64,000 nt of DNA from an uncultured Ignavibacteria bacterium (GTDB taxonomy: Bacteria; Bacteroidota; Ignavibacteria; Ignavibacteriales; Ignavibacteriaceae), in contig CAVZFD010000005.1 of the NCBI GenBank assembly GCA_963774455.1, positions 865,055-929,054 of the forward strand. The letters are read 5' to 3'. The number at the start of each line of letters is the position of its first letter. Within the stretch, counting starts at the first letter, position 1. Shown in pieces: positions 55,522 to 64,000 of this stretch. The notes beneath the pieces were generated by a model. The model saw nothing but the letters and a program-made list of their open reading frames with translations. It made no database searches and was not told where the DNA came from. Position numbers and translations under genes: made by a program.

Positions 55522-56449
55522 TTACGGCCTCCATTCTGAGATTATCTGTTGACTTTCTTCCTGCGGTCTCAACAAATATCTGGTGAAGAGAAATATCTTC
55601 TGCATCGAACTTTTTTATAATAACATTTTTTTGAACCATGAGCTTTAACAATTCCTGTATATAAGAAGAATCTTTTACCCTGATGCTGGTAACGCTGCCG
55701 AAACTCTCAAACTTTTCAACGAAAGGATAACTTTTAAGGAAGGAGATATCGCCGGCATGCGATATGGTTACATTCCTCTGACCGAAGGTTTTCCTGATTT
55801 CTTCGAGGTTGCCGTGAAGAATGATTTTGCCTTCATCAATCATTGCTATATGATCGCACATCCGCTCCGCGAAATCCATAAGATGAGTAGAAAAGATTAT
55901 AACCTTACCTTTCGCCTTCAATTCGAGAATTATTTCTTTTAACAGGTTTGTATTGATAGGATCCAGTCCTGAAAAAGGTTCATCAAGGATAATGAATTCG
56001 GGCTCGTGAAGGACAGTAGTTATAAACTGAACTTTCTGCTGGTTGCCTTTGGAAAGATCCTCCAATTTTGAATTCTTTCTGTCAGTCAGCTCAAACCTGT
56101 CAAGATATTCATTAGCTTTTGCTTGTATGTCTCTGCCGGTTTTTCCTTTAAGCTCGGCAAAGAAAAGGAGAGTTTCCATAACTTTCATCTTTTTATAAAG
56201 CCCGCGTTCTTCCGGCAGGTAGCCGACTTTGTCCTTGAATTCCTGTCCTATTTTTGATCCCCGCAGAATAACCTCCCCGGAATCAGGAAGATAAATACTC
56301 ATCATCATACGAATGGTAGTTGTTTTCCCGGCTCCATTCCTTCCTATTAATCCAAAAACGGATCCCTCCGGGACAGAGAAAGAGACATCATCAACCGCCT
56401 TAAGCGAATCAAAAGATTTCGAAAGGTGCCGAACTTCTAATGCATACAT
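55514..56449 (-). CDS. ABC transporter ATP-binding protein (NatA-like)
   Basis: Walker A GRNGAGKTT, signature LSKGNQQKV, and Walker B FIILDEPFSGLD. Confidence 0.9.
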   Translation of the reverse strand: MYALEVRHLSKSFDSLKAVDDVSFSVPEGSVFGLIGRNGAGKTTTIRMMMSIYLPDSGEVILRGSKIGQEFKDKVGYLPEERGLYKKMKVMETLLFFAELKGKTGRDIQAKANEYLDRFELTDRKNSKLEDLSKGNQQKVQFITTVLHEPEFIILDEPFSGLDPINTNLLKEIILELKAKGKVIIFSTHLMDFAERMCDHIAMIDEGKIILHGNLEEIRKTFGQRNVTISHAGDISFLKSYPFVEKFESFGSVTSIRVKDSSYIQELLKLMVQKNVIIKKFDAEDISLHQIFVETAGRKSTDNLRMEAVNV

Positions 56450-56620
56450 TTATCCCTCAGTAAAAAAATGAAAAGATAATCAAAGTTAAGGAAAGTGGTA
56501 ACAGAATGACAAGGTGATAAGGGAATACAATTAAGTCTAATACCACTATTTTTTATTGAGCAGCTGTTTGGTTAAAGACCTCCTCGTACTGCATATATAT
56601 TAATGTGGAAATGTTAATTT

Positions 56621-56649
56621 CTTGCAAGAATCTGTTCAATTATCTATAT
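56621..56649 (+). promoter_or_regulatory. sigma-70-like promoter candidate for the tRNA genes
   Basis: TTGCAA (56621-56626), a 17-nt spacer, then TATATT (56644-56649), about 58 nt upstream of tRNA-Leu. Sequence-pattern call only. Confidence 0.35.
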
Positions 56650-56706
56650 TTACACGCTAAAATTGAATTTTTTAGCAGTTCTTAAGAAAGATTTACTGAT
56701 GGTTAT

Positions 56707-56795
56707 GCCGGGGTGGCGGAATTGGTAGACGCACAGGACTTAAAATCCTGTGGGTGTTTACACCCGTGCCGGTTCGAGTCCGGCCCTCGGTACCA
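56707..56795 (+). tRNA. tRNA-Leu (anticodon TAA), class II with a long variable arm, CCA encoded
   Basis: Hand-folded cloverleaf: acceptor GCCGGGG / CCTCGGT (two G.U pairs), anticodon arm CAGGA-CTTAAAA-TCCTG, variable arm TGGGTGTTTACACCCGT, and T arm GCCGG-TTCGAGT-CCGGC. Confidence 0.85.
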
Positions 56796-56896
56796 GAAAA
56801 ATAATCTACAATTAACAATGAACAATTTACAATTAAGGAGCAACGACTCCTAATTGTTGATTATAAATTGCTAATTATAAATTGTTGAGTATCGGA

Positions 56897-56970
56897 GGGC
56901 TCTTAGCTCAGTTGGTTAGAGCGTCTGCTTGACGTGCAGAAGGTCAGAGGTTCGACTCCTCTAGAGCCCA
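56897..56970 (+). tRNA. tRNA-Val (anticodon GAC)
   Basis: Hand-folded cloverleaf: acceptor GGGCTCT / AGAGCCC, D arm GCTC-AGTTGGTTA-GAGC, anticodon arm TCTGC-TTGACGT-GCAGA, and T arm AGAGG-TTCGACT-CCTCT. CCA is not encoded. Confidence 0.9.
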
Positions 56971-57099
56971 CGAAGTAAATAAATGCTGGAAGTAATGAAG
57001 AAGAGGTTTTCCTCCCGGAGCTGCCGGATTCTCCTTAACTCTTTTTATAATTAAAGGTTTATATCTAGCGGGATTCTTCAATTCTCAACCCCCGCACAG

Positions 57100-57122
57100 T
57101 CGGAGTCGTTCTCCGATTTTTT
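57100..57122 (+). terminator. intrinsic-terminator-like hairpin 14 nt upstream of the thrS start (terminator of the tRNA unit and/or thrS leader attenuator)
   Basis: TCGGAG / CTCCGA 6-bp stem with the 5-nt loop TCGTT, followed by TTTTTT. Confidence 0.55.
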
Positions 57123-57136
57123 ATTAAAGAATCAAT

Positions 57137-59077
57137 ATGGAAAAAATACAAATTACATTTCCCGACGGGCGCTCACAGGAGTTCGACAAGGATGTTACCG
57201 GGTACCAGGTGGCTGAATCGATCTCTCCTCGTCTTGCACAGGATGCGCTTGCGGTCGAAGTGAATAGTACAGTTAAAGATCTCCGGGCACCAATCAGACA
57301 TAATGCAGTGGTGAAATTTCTTAACTTCGATGATGAGAAGGGCAGGGAAGTATACTGGCATTCGACTTCACATTTAATGGCTCACGCTATTTTATCATTA
57401 TACCCTGAAGCGAAATTCGGTGTTGGTCCTGCAATTGAGAACGGCTTTTATTACGACTTTGATATAAACAAAAAGTTAGGTGAGGACGACCTTCTTATTA
57501 TCGAAGATAGAATGAACAAAATCGCGAAAGAAGATAGTTCTTTCGAACGTGTAGAGCTCTCTAAAGATAAAGCTATTGAATATTTCCGGATTAAAGATGA
57601 TCAGTACAAAATTGAGATCCTCAGCGAGATTGATGAGAACGACGAAATTATAAGTATTTATAATGAAGGAAACTTCACTGATCTATGCACCGGACCTCAT
57701 CTTCCTTCTGCTGGTAAAATTAAATATGTTAAGTTATTAAGCGTATCAGGTTCCTACTGGCGCGGCGATGAGCACAACAAGCAGCTTCAGAGGATTTACG
57801 GGATCTCATTCCCGAAGAAGAAAATGCTCGAAGAGTATCTTGAAAAACTAGAGGAAGCAAAGAAGAGAGATCACAGGAAACTAGGCAAAGACCTGGAACT
57901 TTTCCTGATCACCAATAGTGTAGGAAGCGGACTCCCAATCTGGCTGCCGAAAGGCACTATTTTAAGAGAGACCCTTGAAAATTACCTGCGCGGTGAACAG
58001 CGTAAACGAGGGTATGACCCTGTTATTACTCCGCATATAGGCAACATCAACCTTTACAAAACCAGCGGGCATTATCCTTATTACAAAGACAGCCAATTTC
58101 CGCCGATACAGCTTGAGGACGGCAAAGAAGAATACCTGTTAAAGCCGATGAATTGTCCTCATCATTTTATGATTTACGCCAGCAAACCGAGAAGCTACAG
58201 AGATCTTCCGATAAGGTATGCTGAATTCGGAACGGTTTACAGGTATGAGCAATCGGGTGAGCTTAACGGACTTACGCGTGTCCGTTCTTTTGCTGTAGAT
58301 GATTCCCATATTTTCGTCCGCGAAGATCAGCTCAAAGATGAAGTCTGCAACGTGATTGAGCTTATTCAGGTAGTATTTGAGCAGATGGGATTTAAAGATT
58401 TCACAACCCAGCTTTCTTTCAGGGATGATAATGTAGAAAAATACGGCGGCGATATAAGGATGTGGGAGAGAGCCCAAAAGGAAATAAAAGAAGCGGCGGA
58501 TCAGATGGGATTAAAATATCACATCGAAGAAGGCGAAGCAGCTTTCTATGGTCCCAAAATAGACTTTATGGTAAAAGACGCGCTAGGAAGGCAATGGCAG
58601 CTTGGTACAGTGCAGATCGATTATATAATGCCGGAAAGGTTCAATCTTGAATACACCGGAAGCGACGGACAGAAGCATAGACCGGTTGTTATCCACCGTG
58701 CTCCCTTCGGATCACTGGAAAGGTTCATCGGGGTTCTTATAGAGCATTATGCCGGCGAGTTCCCGCTCTGGCTGGCTCCTGTTCAGGTAGCAATACTGCC
58801 GGTATCCCAGAATTTCATTGAATTCGCAAGGGAAGTAGCTTCAAAACTGAAAGAGGCCGATGTTCGCGTTGAGTTTGATGAAAGGAATGAGAAGCTAGGT
58901 TATAAGATACGGGACTGGGAGACGAAGAAGGTTCCTTATATGCTTGTAATCGGCGAAAAAGAGAAGGAATCAGGTAATGTTTCGGTAAGAAAACATAAAA
59001 AAGGTGACATTGGAACTTTTTCTTTGTCAGATTTTATTTATAATATTAAAGACGAGATTTTAAAAAAGAATCAATAA
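57137..59077 (+). CDS. thrS: threonine-tRNA ligase
   Basis: TGS domain at the N-terminus, editing domain HSTSHLMAHA, class II motifs (FRVEQSGELNGLTRVRSF-type and GPKIDF), and an anticodon-binding C-terminus. Confidence 0.95.
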   Translation: MEKIQITFPDGRSQEFDKDVTGYQVAESISPRLAQDALAVEVNSTVKDLRAPIRHNAVVKFLNFDDEKGREVYWHSTSHLMAHAILSLYPEAKFGVGPAIENGFYYDFDINKKLGEDDLLIIEDRMNKIAKEDSSFERVELSKDKAIEYFRIKDDQYKIEILSEIDENDEIISIYNEGNFTDLCTGPHLPSAGKIKYVKLLSVSGSYWRGDEHNKQLQRIYGISFPKKKMLEEYLEKLEEAKKRDHRKLGKDLELFLITNSVGSGLPIWLPKGTILRETLENYLRGEQRKRGYDPVITPHIGNINLYKTSGHYPYYKDSQFPPIQLEDGKEEYLLKPMNCPHHFMIYASKPRSYRDLPIRYAEFGTVYRYEQSGELNGLTRVRSFAVDDSHIFVREDQLKDEVCNVIELIQVVFEQMGFKDFTTQLSFRDDNVEKYGGDIRMWERAQKEIKEAADQMGLKYHIEEGEAAFYGPKIDFMVKDALGRQWQLGTVQIDYIMPERFNLEYTGSDGQKHRPVVIHRAPFGSLERFIGVLIEHYAGEFPLWLAPVQVAILPVSQNFIEFAREVASKLKEADVRVEFDERNEKLGYKIRDWETKKVPYMLVIGEKEKESGNVSVRKHKKGDIGTFSLSDFIYNIKDEILKKNQ

Positions 59078-59092
59078 CAAAAACAGAGGTTA

Positions 59093-59635
59093 ATAATCGC
59101 TCAAAAAGACAGTGTACGTGTAAACGAAGAGATCAAAGCCCCCAAAGTAAGGGTAATAGACGTTGATGGTTCCCAGGTAGGTATTTTTACAGTCCGCGAT
59201 GCAATTAAAATCGCCCAGGAAAGAACTCTTGACCTGGTTGAAATTGCTCCGCAGGCAAAACCACCCGTCTGTAAGGTAATTGATTTCGGAAAGTTTAAAT
59301 ATGAACAGCAGAAAAGGGAAAAGATACAGAGAAAGAATCAACTGGTCTCTCTGCTGAAAGAAATAAGACTGCATCCTAATACAGACATACACGATTTTGA
59401 ATTCAAAGTAAAGCACGCTATGAACTTCCTCGAAGAAGGAAACAAAGTAAAAGCTGTGGTAATGTTCAAAGGAAGGGAGATGGCATACACCGAACAAGGC
59501 GAAGAACTGTTAAAACGGTTCATAGAGCAAACTGAAGACCTTGCCAAGGTAGAATCTCCCATTAAAATGGAAGGAAGGAATATGAGCGTGATCCTTGTTC
59601 CCACAGCTAAACCTAAAACCAAAAAAAACAAATAG
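59093..59635 (+). CDS. infC: translation initiation factor IF-3 with a non-AUG start (ATA 59093 or ATC 59096)
   Basis: The frame is open from the thrS stop (59075-59077). The translation [73 protein letters not shown]... is the IF-3 N-domain and linker. The first in-frame ATG (59420) would leave only the C-domain. AGAGG lies at 59085-59089. Confidence 0.85.
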   Translation: MIAQKDSVRVNEEIKAPKVRVIDVDGSQVGIFTVRDAIKIAQERTLDLVEIAPQAKPPVCKVIDFGKFKYEQQKREKIQRKNQLVSLLKEIRLHPNTDIHDFEFKVKHAMNFLEEGNKVKAVVMFKGREMAYTEQGEELLKRFIEQTEDLAKVESPIKMEGRNMSVILVPTAKPKTKKNK

Positions 59636-59642
59636 GAAAGCT

Positions 59643-59834
59643 ATGCCAAAAATGAAAAGCAACCGTGGTGCTTCTAAATCATTCAAGAAGACCGCATCCG
59701 GAAGGTTCAAAAGGAAAAATGCTTACAAGAGTCATATCCTTACTTCCAAATCAACAAAACGGAAAAGAAATCTTCGCCATACATCCATGGTTTCCGTTGC
59801 AGATGAAAAACGTGTTAAAACAATGCTTCAATAG
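59643..59834 (+). CDS. rpmI: 50S ribosomal protein L35
   Basis: [45 protein letters not shown]. The ATG at 59643 is preferred over the upstream start given in the ORF track. Confidence 0.92.
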   Translation: MPKMKSNRGASKSFKKTASGRFKRKNAYKSHILTSKSTKRKRNLRHTSMVSVADEKRVKTMLQ

Positions 59835-59847
59835 AGAGGAGTGAAAA

Positions 59848-60195
59848 ATGCCAAGATCAAAAAACAAAGTAGCTTCTCACCTGAGAAGGAAAAAAATACT
59901 TAAACAGGCCAAAGGTTACTGGGGTGCCAGAAGCAAAGTTTACACTATTGCGAAGAACCATGTTGAAAAAGGCCTTGTACATGCATACAGAGATAGAAAA
60001 CTAAAGAAGAGAACGTTCAGGAGTCTCTGGATTACGAGGATAAATGCTGCAGCCAGGGAAAACGGAACAACATACTCCCGTCTTATACATGCACTCGATA
60101 CAAAGGGTGTTGGAATAAACAGGAAAGTTCTTGCAAGTCTTGCTGTTGAAAACCCGGCAGCATTCACAGAGCTTGTTAAGTTTTCTGCTAATTAA
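59848..60195 (+). CDS. rplT: 50S ribosomal protein L20
   Basis: [30 protein letters not shown]...[25 protein letters not shown]. Confidence 0.95.
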   Translation: MPRSKNKVASHLRRKKILKQAKGYWGARSKVYTIAKNHVEKGLVHAYRDRKLKKRTFRSLWITRINAAARENGTTYSRLIHALDTKGVGINRKVLASLAVENPAAFTELVKFSAN

Positions 60196-60201
60196 TTTTT
60201 A

Positions 60202-60235
60202 CCCTTCCATATCATTATATTTGTATATGGAAGGG
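60202..60235 (+). terminator. stem-loop after rplT (weak T tract)
   Basis: Perfect 11-bp stem CCCTTCCATAT / ATATGGAAGGG with a 12-nt loop. Only a short T-containing tail follows. Confidence 0.45.
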
Positions 60236-60260
60236 TATTACTTTAAATAACCGGTATGAA

Positions 60261-61274
60261 ATGTTGAAAGAAAAAATCACTTCCCTGAGGGAAGAATTCA
60301 ATAAAGAGATTGAACAAACCAGCTCTCCGGCAGAACTGGAGGACATCAGGTTAAAATACTTAAGCCGCAACGGACTTCTTTCCAAACTTTTTGATGAACT
60401 TAAAATTGTTTCAAAAGAAGAAAAACCTCAGCTGGGAAAAGAACTTAATCTTCTCCGTAATGAAATAACCGGCAGGTTCAATTCCTTAAAAGATGAAATT
60501 GAGTTTTCAAAAGAATCTGGAAAAGAAACCATCGATCTCACCCTTCCCGGCAAATTTAAACCCACCGGAAGCAGGCACATCCTTACGCAGACAGTGGATG
60601 AGATTAAGATTATCTTTAAAGGATTAGGTTTCGCCGTAGCACTTGGTCCCGAAATCGAATCAGACTACTATAATTTTGAAGCCCTGAATTTCCCTCCCGA
60701 TCACCCGGCAAGGGACATGCAGGATACATATTTTGTAAGCAGCAGCTATGTGCTCCGTACCCACACTACTCCTGTTCAGATAAGGATAATGGAAAAGCAT
60801 CAGCCTCCGGTAAGGGCAATTATGCCGGGTCGTGTTTACAGGAATGAAGCAGTGAGCGCAAGGAGCTACTGTATGTTTCACCAGGTTGACGGCATTTACG
60901 TTGATACTGATGTTACTTTTGCCGAACTGAAAGGTACACTTGTATCATTTGCGAAACAGTTTTACGGTGAGGATATAAAATACCGTTTCCGTCCCAGCTT
61001 TTTCCCGTTTACTGAACCGAGTGCGGAAATGGATATTACCTGTTTTCTCTGCCACGGGAAAGGCTGCCGCGTATGTAAATACTCCGGCTGGCTTGAAGTT
61101 CTGGGATGCGGAATGGTTGATCCAAATGTATTTAAGGCCGTCGGCTATGATCCGGAAAAATACACAGGGTATGCCTTTGGGATGGGCATTGAAAGAACCG
61201 CAATGCTCAAATACGGCATAGATGATATCAGGATCTTCTTTGAGAACGATATTAGATTTCTTAAACAGTTTTGA
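60261..61274 (+). CDS. pheS: phenylalanine-tRNA ligase alpha subunit
   Basis: Class II motifs HPARDMQDTYF, RTHTTPVQIR, FRPSFFPFTEPSAE and GFAFGMGIERTAML. Confidence 0.95.
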   Translation: MLKEKITSLREEFNKEIEQTSSPAELEDIRLKYLSRNGLLSKLFDELKIVSKEEKPQLGKELNLLRNEITGRFNSLKDEIEFSKESGKETIDLTLPGKFKPTGSRHILTQTVDEIKIIFKGLGFAVALGPEIESDYYNFEALNFPPDHPARDMQDTYFVSSSYVLRTHTTPVQIRIMEKHQPPVRAIMPGRVYRNEAVSARSYCMFHQVDGIYVDTDVTFAELKGTLVSFAKQFYGEDIKYRFRPSFFPFTEPSAEMDITCFLCHGKGCRVCKYSGWLEVLGCGMVDPNVFKAVGYDPEKYTGYAFGMGIERTAMLKYGIDDIRIFFENDIRFLKQF

Positions 61275-61289
61275 TCCGGAGAAATTAAA

Positions 61290-63695
61290 TTGAAACTCTC
61301 TTTAAATTGGTTAAAAGAATTAGTTGATCTTCCTGAAATTTCAACCTCTGAAATAGTGCATCTGCTTACAATGAGCGGACTCGAAGTTGAAGAGGTAATT
61401 GACCAGAACGAGATATACAGGAATTTTGTAGTGGGATATGTTAAAGAAAAAAAGAAACATCCTAACGCTGATAAACTTTCTGTATGTACAATAAGTACGG
61501 GTCAGCAGGATTACCAGGTAATATGCGGTGCTCCAAATGTTGATGCCGGCCAGAAAGTGGTGTTTGCCAGGGCCGGTGCGATAGTTCCGAAAGGAAACTT
61601 TAAGATATCAAAAGCGAAGATACGCGGTATAGAATCAAACGGAATGATATGTTCGGAAGCCGAGCTTCAGATAAGCGACAGCCACGAAGGAATAATGGTG
61701 CTTGAGAACAGTGTGCAGGAAGGATCTCCATTATCCGAAGCCCTGCATCTTAATGATACTATCCTCGAGATAGCGATTACCCCCAACCGGCCGGATGCAC
61801 TTTCTCATATCGGCGTGGCAAGAGATCTTGCGGCAATATTCAAGGGCGAGGTTAAAAAACCATCATTAGGGTTCGAAGAGAATGAAGACGAAGCTTCGGA
61901 TGCAGCAGCAATAGAGATTATCGATACAAAGAATTGTCCCAGGTATTCATCCAGGATCATTAAAGGCGTGATTATAAAAGAATCACCCGATTGGCTGAGG
62001 AAGAGACTGAAAAATATTGGACTTAGGCCGATAAATAATATAGTTGATGTTACTAACTATGTAATGTTTGAAACAGGTCAGCCGCTTCATGCCTTTGATC
62101 TTGAGAATCTTGCGGGACATAAAATAGTTGTTCAGAGTACAGACAGGGAAACATCGTTTACGACCTTAGATTCGAAGGAAAGAAAACTAACCCCAGGAAC
62201 CCTGATGATATGCGACGGAGAGAAACCAGTGGCAATCGCAGGAGTAATGGGCGGTGAGAATTCTGAAGTGACATCTTCAACTAAAAATATACTCATCGAA
62301 AGTGCCTACTTTAATCCAACCAGCATAAGGAATACATCGAAAGCATTAGGTCTCAGCACCGATGCATCATACAGGTTTGAACGCAGTACAGATCCGAATG
62401 GTACTATCTACGCTGCAGAAAGAGCTGCCCAGCTTATCGCCCAGCTGGCTGGGGGAGAAATACTGAGAGGCGTACTTGACGTTTATCCCGAACCTGTTGA
62501 GGCTGCTGAGGTCCGGTTAAGATTTGAAAGAGTTGACAAGATACTGGGGTATAAGGTTGAAAAAGATGCTGTAACGGAAATACTGGAAAAGCTCGGTATG
62601 AATATTATCCTAAGCACAGAAGATGAACTTCGCATAGCTGTTCCAACTTTTCGCCCTGATATCCAAAGAGAAATAGATCTTATAGAGGAAATTGCCAGGA
62701 TACACGGTTATGATAATATTCCCACGGTGGCAAAGATATCTATTACACTAGGAGAAAAGGAAGATGAATCCGGTTTTACCGACAGGGTAAAAGAAACTGC
62801 TGTAGAACTGGGATTTCACGAGATGATTAATAATCCTCTGCAAAATGAAAAAACAGCTTCCTTAACTGGTAAACCCGTAAACATACTCAACCCGCAGAGC
62901 GTAGATATGGCTTACTTGAGAACTTCGCTGCTGACGGGAGCACTTCAGACTGTTGCTGCCAATCTTAATGTCGGTGAGAAAGATCTGCAATTATTCGAAG
63001 TCGGAAACATCTTCCGTCTTAAGACAGAAAAGAAGATAGCGGATTTCAGCGATTTTGATGAAAACGAATACGTGATCTTTGTTATTTCCGGAAAAGCAAG
63101 GAGAAAAACCTGGTATTCGGAAGAAGAAAATTATGATCTATACGACTTAAAGGGATTTATCAGGTCATTTACCTCAAAATTTTCGCTTGACAATGCTTTG
63201 CAGTATTCATATAATCACGAAAGAAATCCGTACTATACTGCAAAATTTTCACTGTCTTCAAATAATGATGAAATAGGGTATGGCGGGTTAGTAGATGGCA
63301 AGCTGTTGAAATACTTTGATATTAGTCAGGATATTTACTGTTTTGAAATCAATCTTCAGAAATTAAGTAAGCTAACGGTTCCCGACAGGAAATATTCAGA
63401 GCTTTTAAGGTTTCCAAAAGTTCTAAGAGATTTTGCTTTTATATTCGATAAATCAGTAACTTACCAGCAGGTCTCTGATTTTATACTTGAAGAAAGCACT
63501 GGATTGCTGAAATCAGTAAGCCTATTCGACTTATTTGAAAGCGATACCCTGGGAGAAAACAAAAAAAGTATGGCTTTCACTTTAGAGTTTTTTGATAAGC
63601 AGCAGACCCTGACGGATGAAGAAGTTGAAAAAGAATTCCTTCACCTTATTTCAGCGGTCACTGAAAAGTTTAATGCAAAATTGAGAGGAAATTAA
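61290..63695 (+). CDS. pheT: phenylalanine-tRNA ligase beta subunit
   Basis: MKLSLNWLKE N-terminus, a tRNA-binding OB domain (HPNADKLSVC), B3/4 and B5 domains, and a C-terminal FDX-ACB domain. Confidence 0.95.
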   Translation: MKLSLNWLKELVDLPEISTSEIVHLLTMSGLEVEEVIDQNEIYRNFVVGYVKEKKKHPNADKLSVCTISTGQQDYQVICGAPNVDAGQKVVFARAGAIVPKGNFKISKAKIRGIESNGMICSEAELQISDSHEGIMVLENSVQEGSPLSEALHLNDTILEIAITPNRPDALSHIGVARDLAAIFKGEVKKPSLGFEENEDEASDAAAIEIIDTKNCPRYSSRIIKGVIIKESPDWLRKRLKNIGLRPINNIVDVTNYVMFETGQPLHAFDLENLAGHKIVVQSTDRETSFTTLDSKERKLTPGTLMICDGEKPVAIAGVMGGENSEVTSSTKNILIESAYFNPTSIRNTSKALGLSTDASYRFERSTDPNGTIYAAERAAQLIAQLAGGEILRGVLDVYPEPVEAAEVRLRFERVDKILGYKVEKDAVTEILEKLGMNIILSTEDELRIAVPTFRPDIQREIDLIEEIARIHGYDNIPTVAKISITLGEKEDESGFTDRVKETAVELGFHEMINNPLQNEKTASLTGKPVNILNPQSVDMAYLRTSLLTGALQTVAANLNVGEKDLQLFEVGNIFRLKTEKKIADFSDFDENEYVIFVISGKARRKTWYSEEENYDLYDLKGFIRSFTSKFSLDNALQYSYNHERNPYYTAKFSLSSNNDEIGYGGLVDGKLLKYFDISQDIYCFEINLQKLSKLTVPDRKYSELLRFPKVLRDFAFIFDKSVTYQQVSDFILEESTGLLKSVSLFDLFESDTLGENKKSMAFTLEFFDKQQTLTDEEVEKEFLHLISAVTEKFNAKLRGN

Positions 63696-64000
63696 TTGTC
63701 TGATCTCACAAAGCACGAAGTACTGTTAAATGAACTCTCAGAAATTCAGACCCTGGTTACTGAATTAAAGAACAGGAACAAATCGCTCCGGGAAGAGTAT
63801 TCCAAATTGGAAAGATCATTTTCGGGAGTGAGAGAAGAGAATAAGATGCTTCTTCAAAAATTGGAAGCACTTGAAAAACAACTTGAAGAAAACGGAGAAA
63901 ATTCCTTAAATTCATTATTCGGTTCGTTAAGAGGTAATGAGAAAGAGGAATTAAAAAATAAAATACAGAACCTGGTTAACAGGATAGATTTACATTTGAG
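63696..64000 (+). CDS. coiled-coil protein, N-terminal part (runs off the right edge); function unknown
   Basis: Open frame from the TTG at 63696, immediately after the pheT stop. The heptad-rich sequence LSDLTKHEVLLNELSEIQTLVTELKNRNKSLREEYSKLERS...LEALEKQLEE follows. Both the start codon and the identity are uncertain. Confidence 0.4.
   Translation, partial: MSDLTKHEVLLNELSEIQTLVTELKNRNKSLREEYSKLERSFSGVREENKMLLQKLEALEKQLEENGENSLNSLFGSLRGNEKEELKNKIQNLVNRIDLHL

Noticed and set aside
56830-56856. A hairpin (CAATTAAGGAG / CTCCTAATTG, one bulge) in the tRNA-Leu / tRNA-Val spacer, with nearby CAATT-rich direct repeats.
   Set aside because: It is probably just a processing or spacer structure of the tRNA precursor. 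It has no T-run and no coding potential.
56971-57136. A T-box riboswitch in the thrS leader.
   Set aside because: The leader is only about 166 nt. I could not find the conserved T-box sequence, a specifier-loop context for ACC, or an antiterminator bulge. I keep it only as a generic attenuator candidate.
1-64000. A window-wide look for mobile elements, integrases, phage genes, toxin-antitoxin pairs, restriction-modification systems or known defence systems. This included the tRNA genes as possible integration sites.
   Set aside because: None were found. The genes flanking the tRNAs are housekeeping (a NatAB-like exporter and thrS). I noticed no direct repeats of tRNA 3' ends.

Overview
This is a moderately AT-rich chromosomal window from a bacterium that uses the type IX secretion system (T9SS). 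Four proteins end in a Por/T9SS C-terminal sorting domain. Gene content and Shine-Dalgarno usage suggest an Ignavibacteria/Melioribacter-like member of the FCB group, but that taxonomic call is inference only.

I can support about 55 protein genes, 2 tRNAs, one gene remnant, several intrinsic terminators and one short tandem repeat. Most of the window is tightly packed housekeeping:
- smpB (partial)
- a CUT1-type sugar ABC importer plus an MFS sugar symporter
- pabA-pabB-pabC
- fni-polyprenyl synthase-ptsH-ptsI-PGI/PMI
- prmC, dtd, comEC, purK-purE, glmM-like, nth
- a homogentisate (tyrosine) catabolic cluster
- a NatAB-like ABC exporter
- tRNA-Leu, tRNA-Val, then thrS-infC-rpmI-rplT-pheS-pheT

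The segments that look accessory or poorly understood are:
1. 14.5-19.2 kb: a translationally coupled trio encoding an Omp85-type barrel with a peptidase-like and PD40 N-terminus, a BamB-like lipoprotein and a PEGA protein.
2. 25.5-33.6 kb: three tandem mosaic T9SS cargo paralogs with long leaders. Two of them share a roughly 505-bp near-identical module.
3. 46.8-51.4 kb: a minus-strand operon of a MerR regulator with a Cys-rich tail, an octaheme tetrathionate-reductase-family cytochrome, a cytochrome b, and two half-size YeeE/YedE proteins, one fused to a Cys-less rhodanese domain.
4. 45.2-46.7 kb: an orphan groES between a glutaredoxin-like gene and a CnoX/YbbN-type thioredoxin-TPR gene.

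I saw no CRISPR array, transposase, integrase, phage gene or recognisable defence system. None of the candidates is demonstrably a new system from sequence alone; all functional links are hypotheses with checks stated. The supplied ORF track misses the truncated smpB and the non-AUG start of infC.
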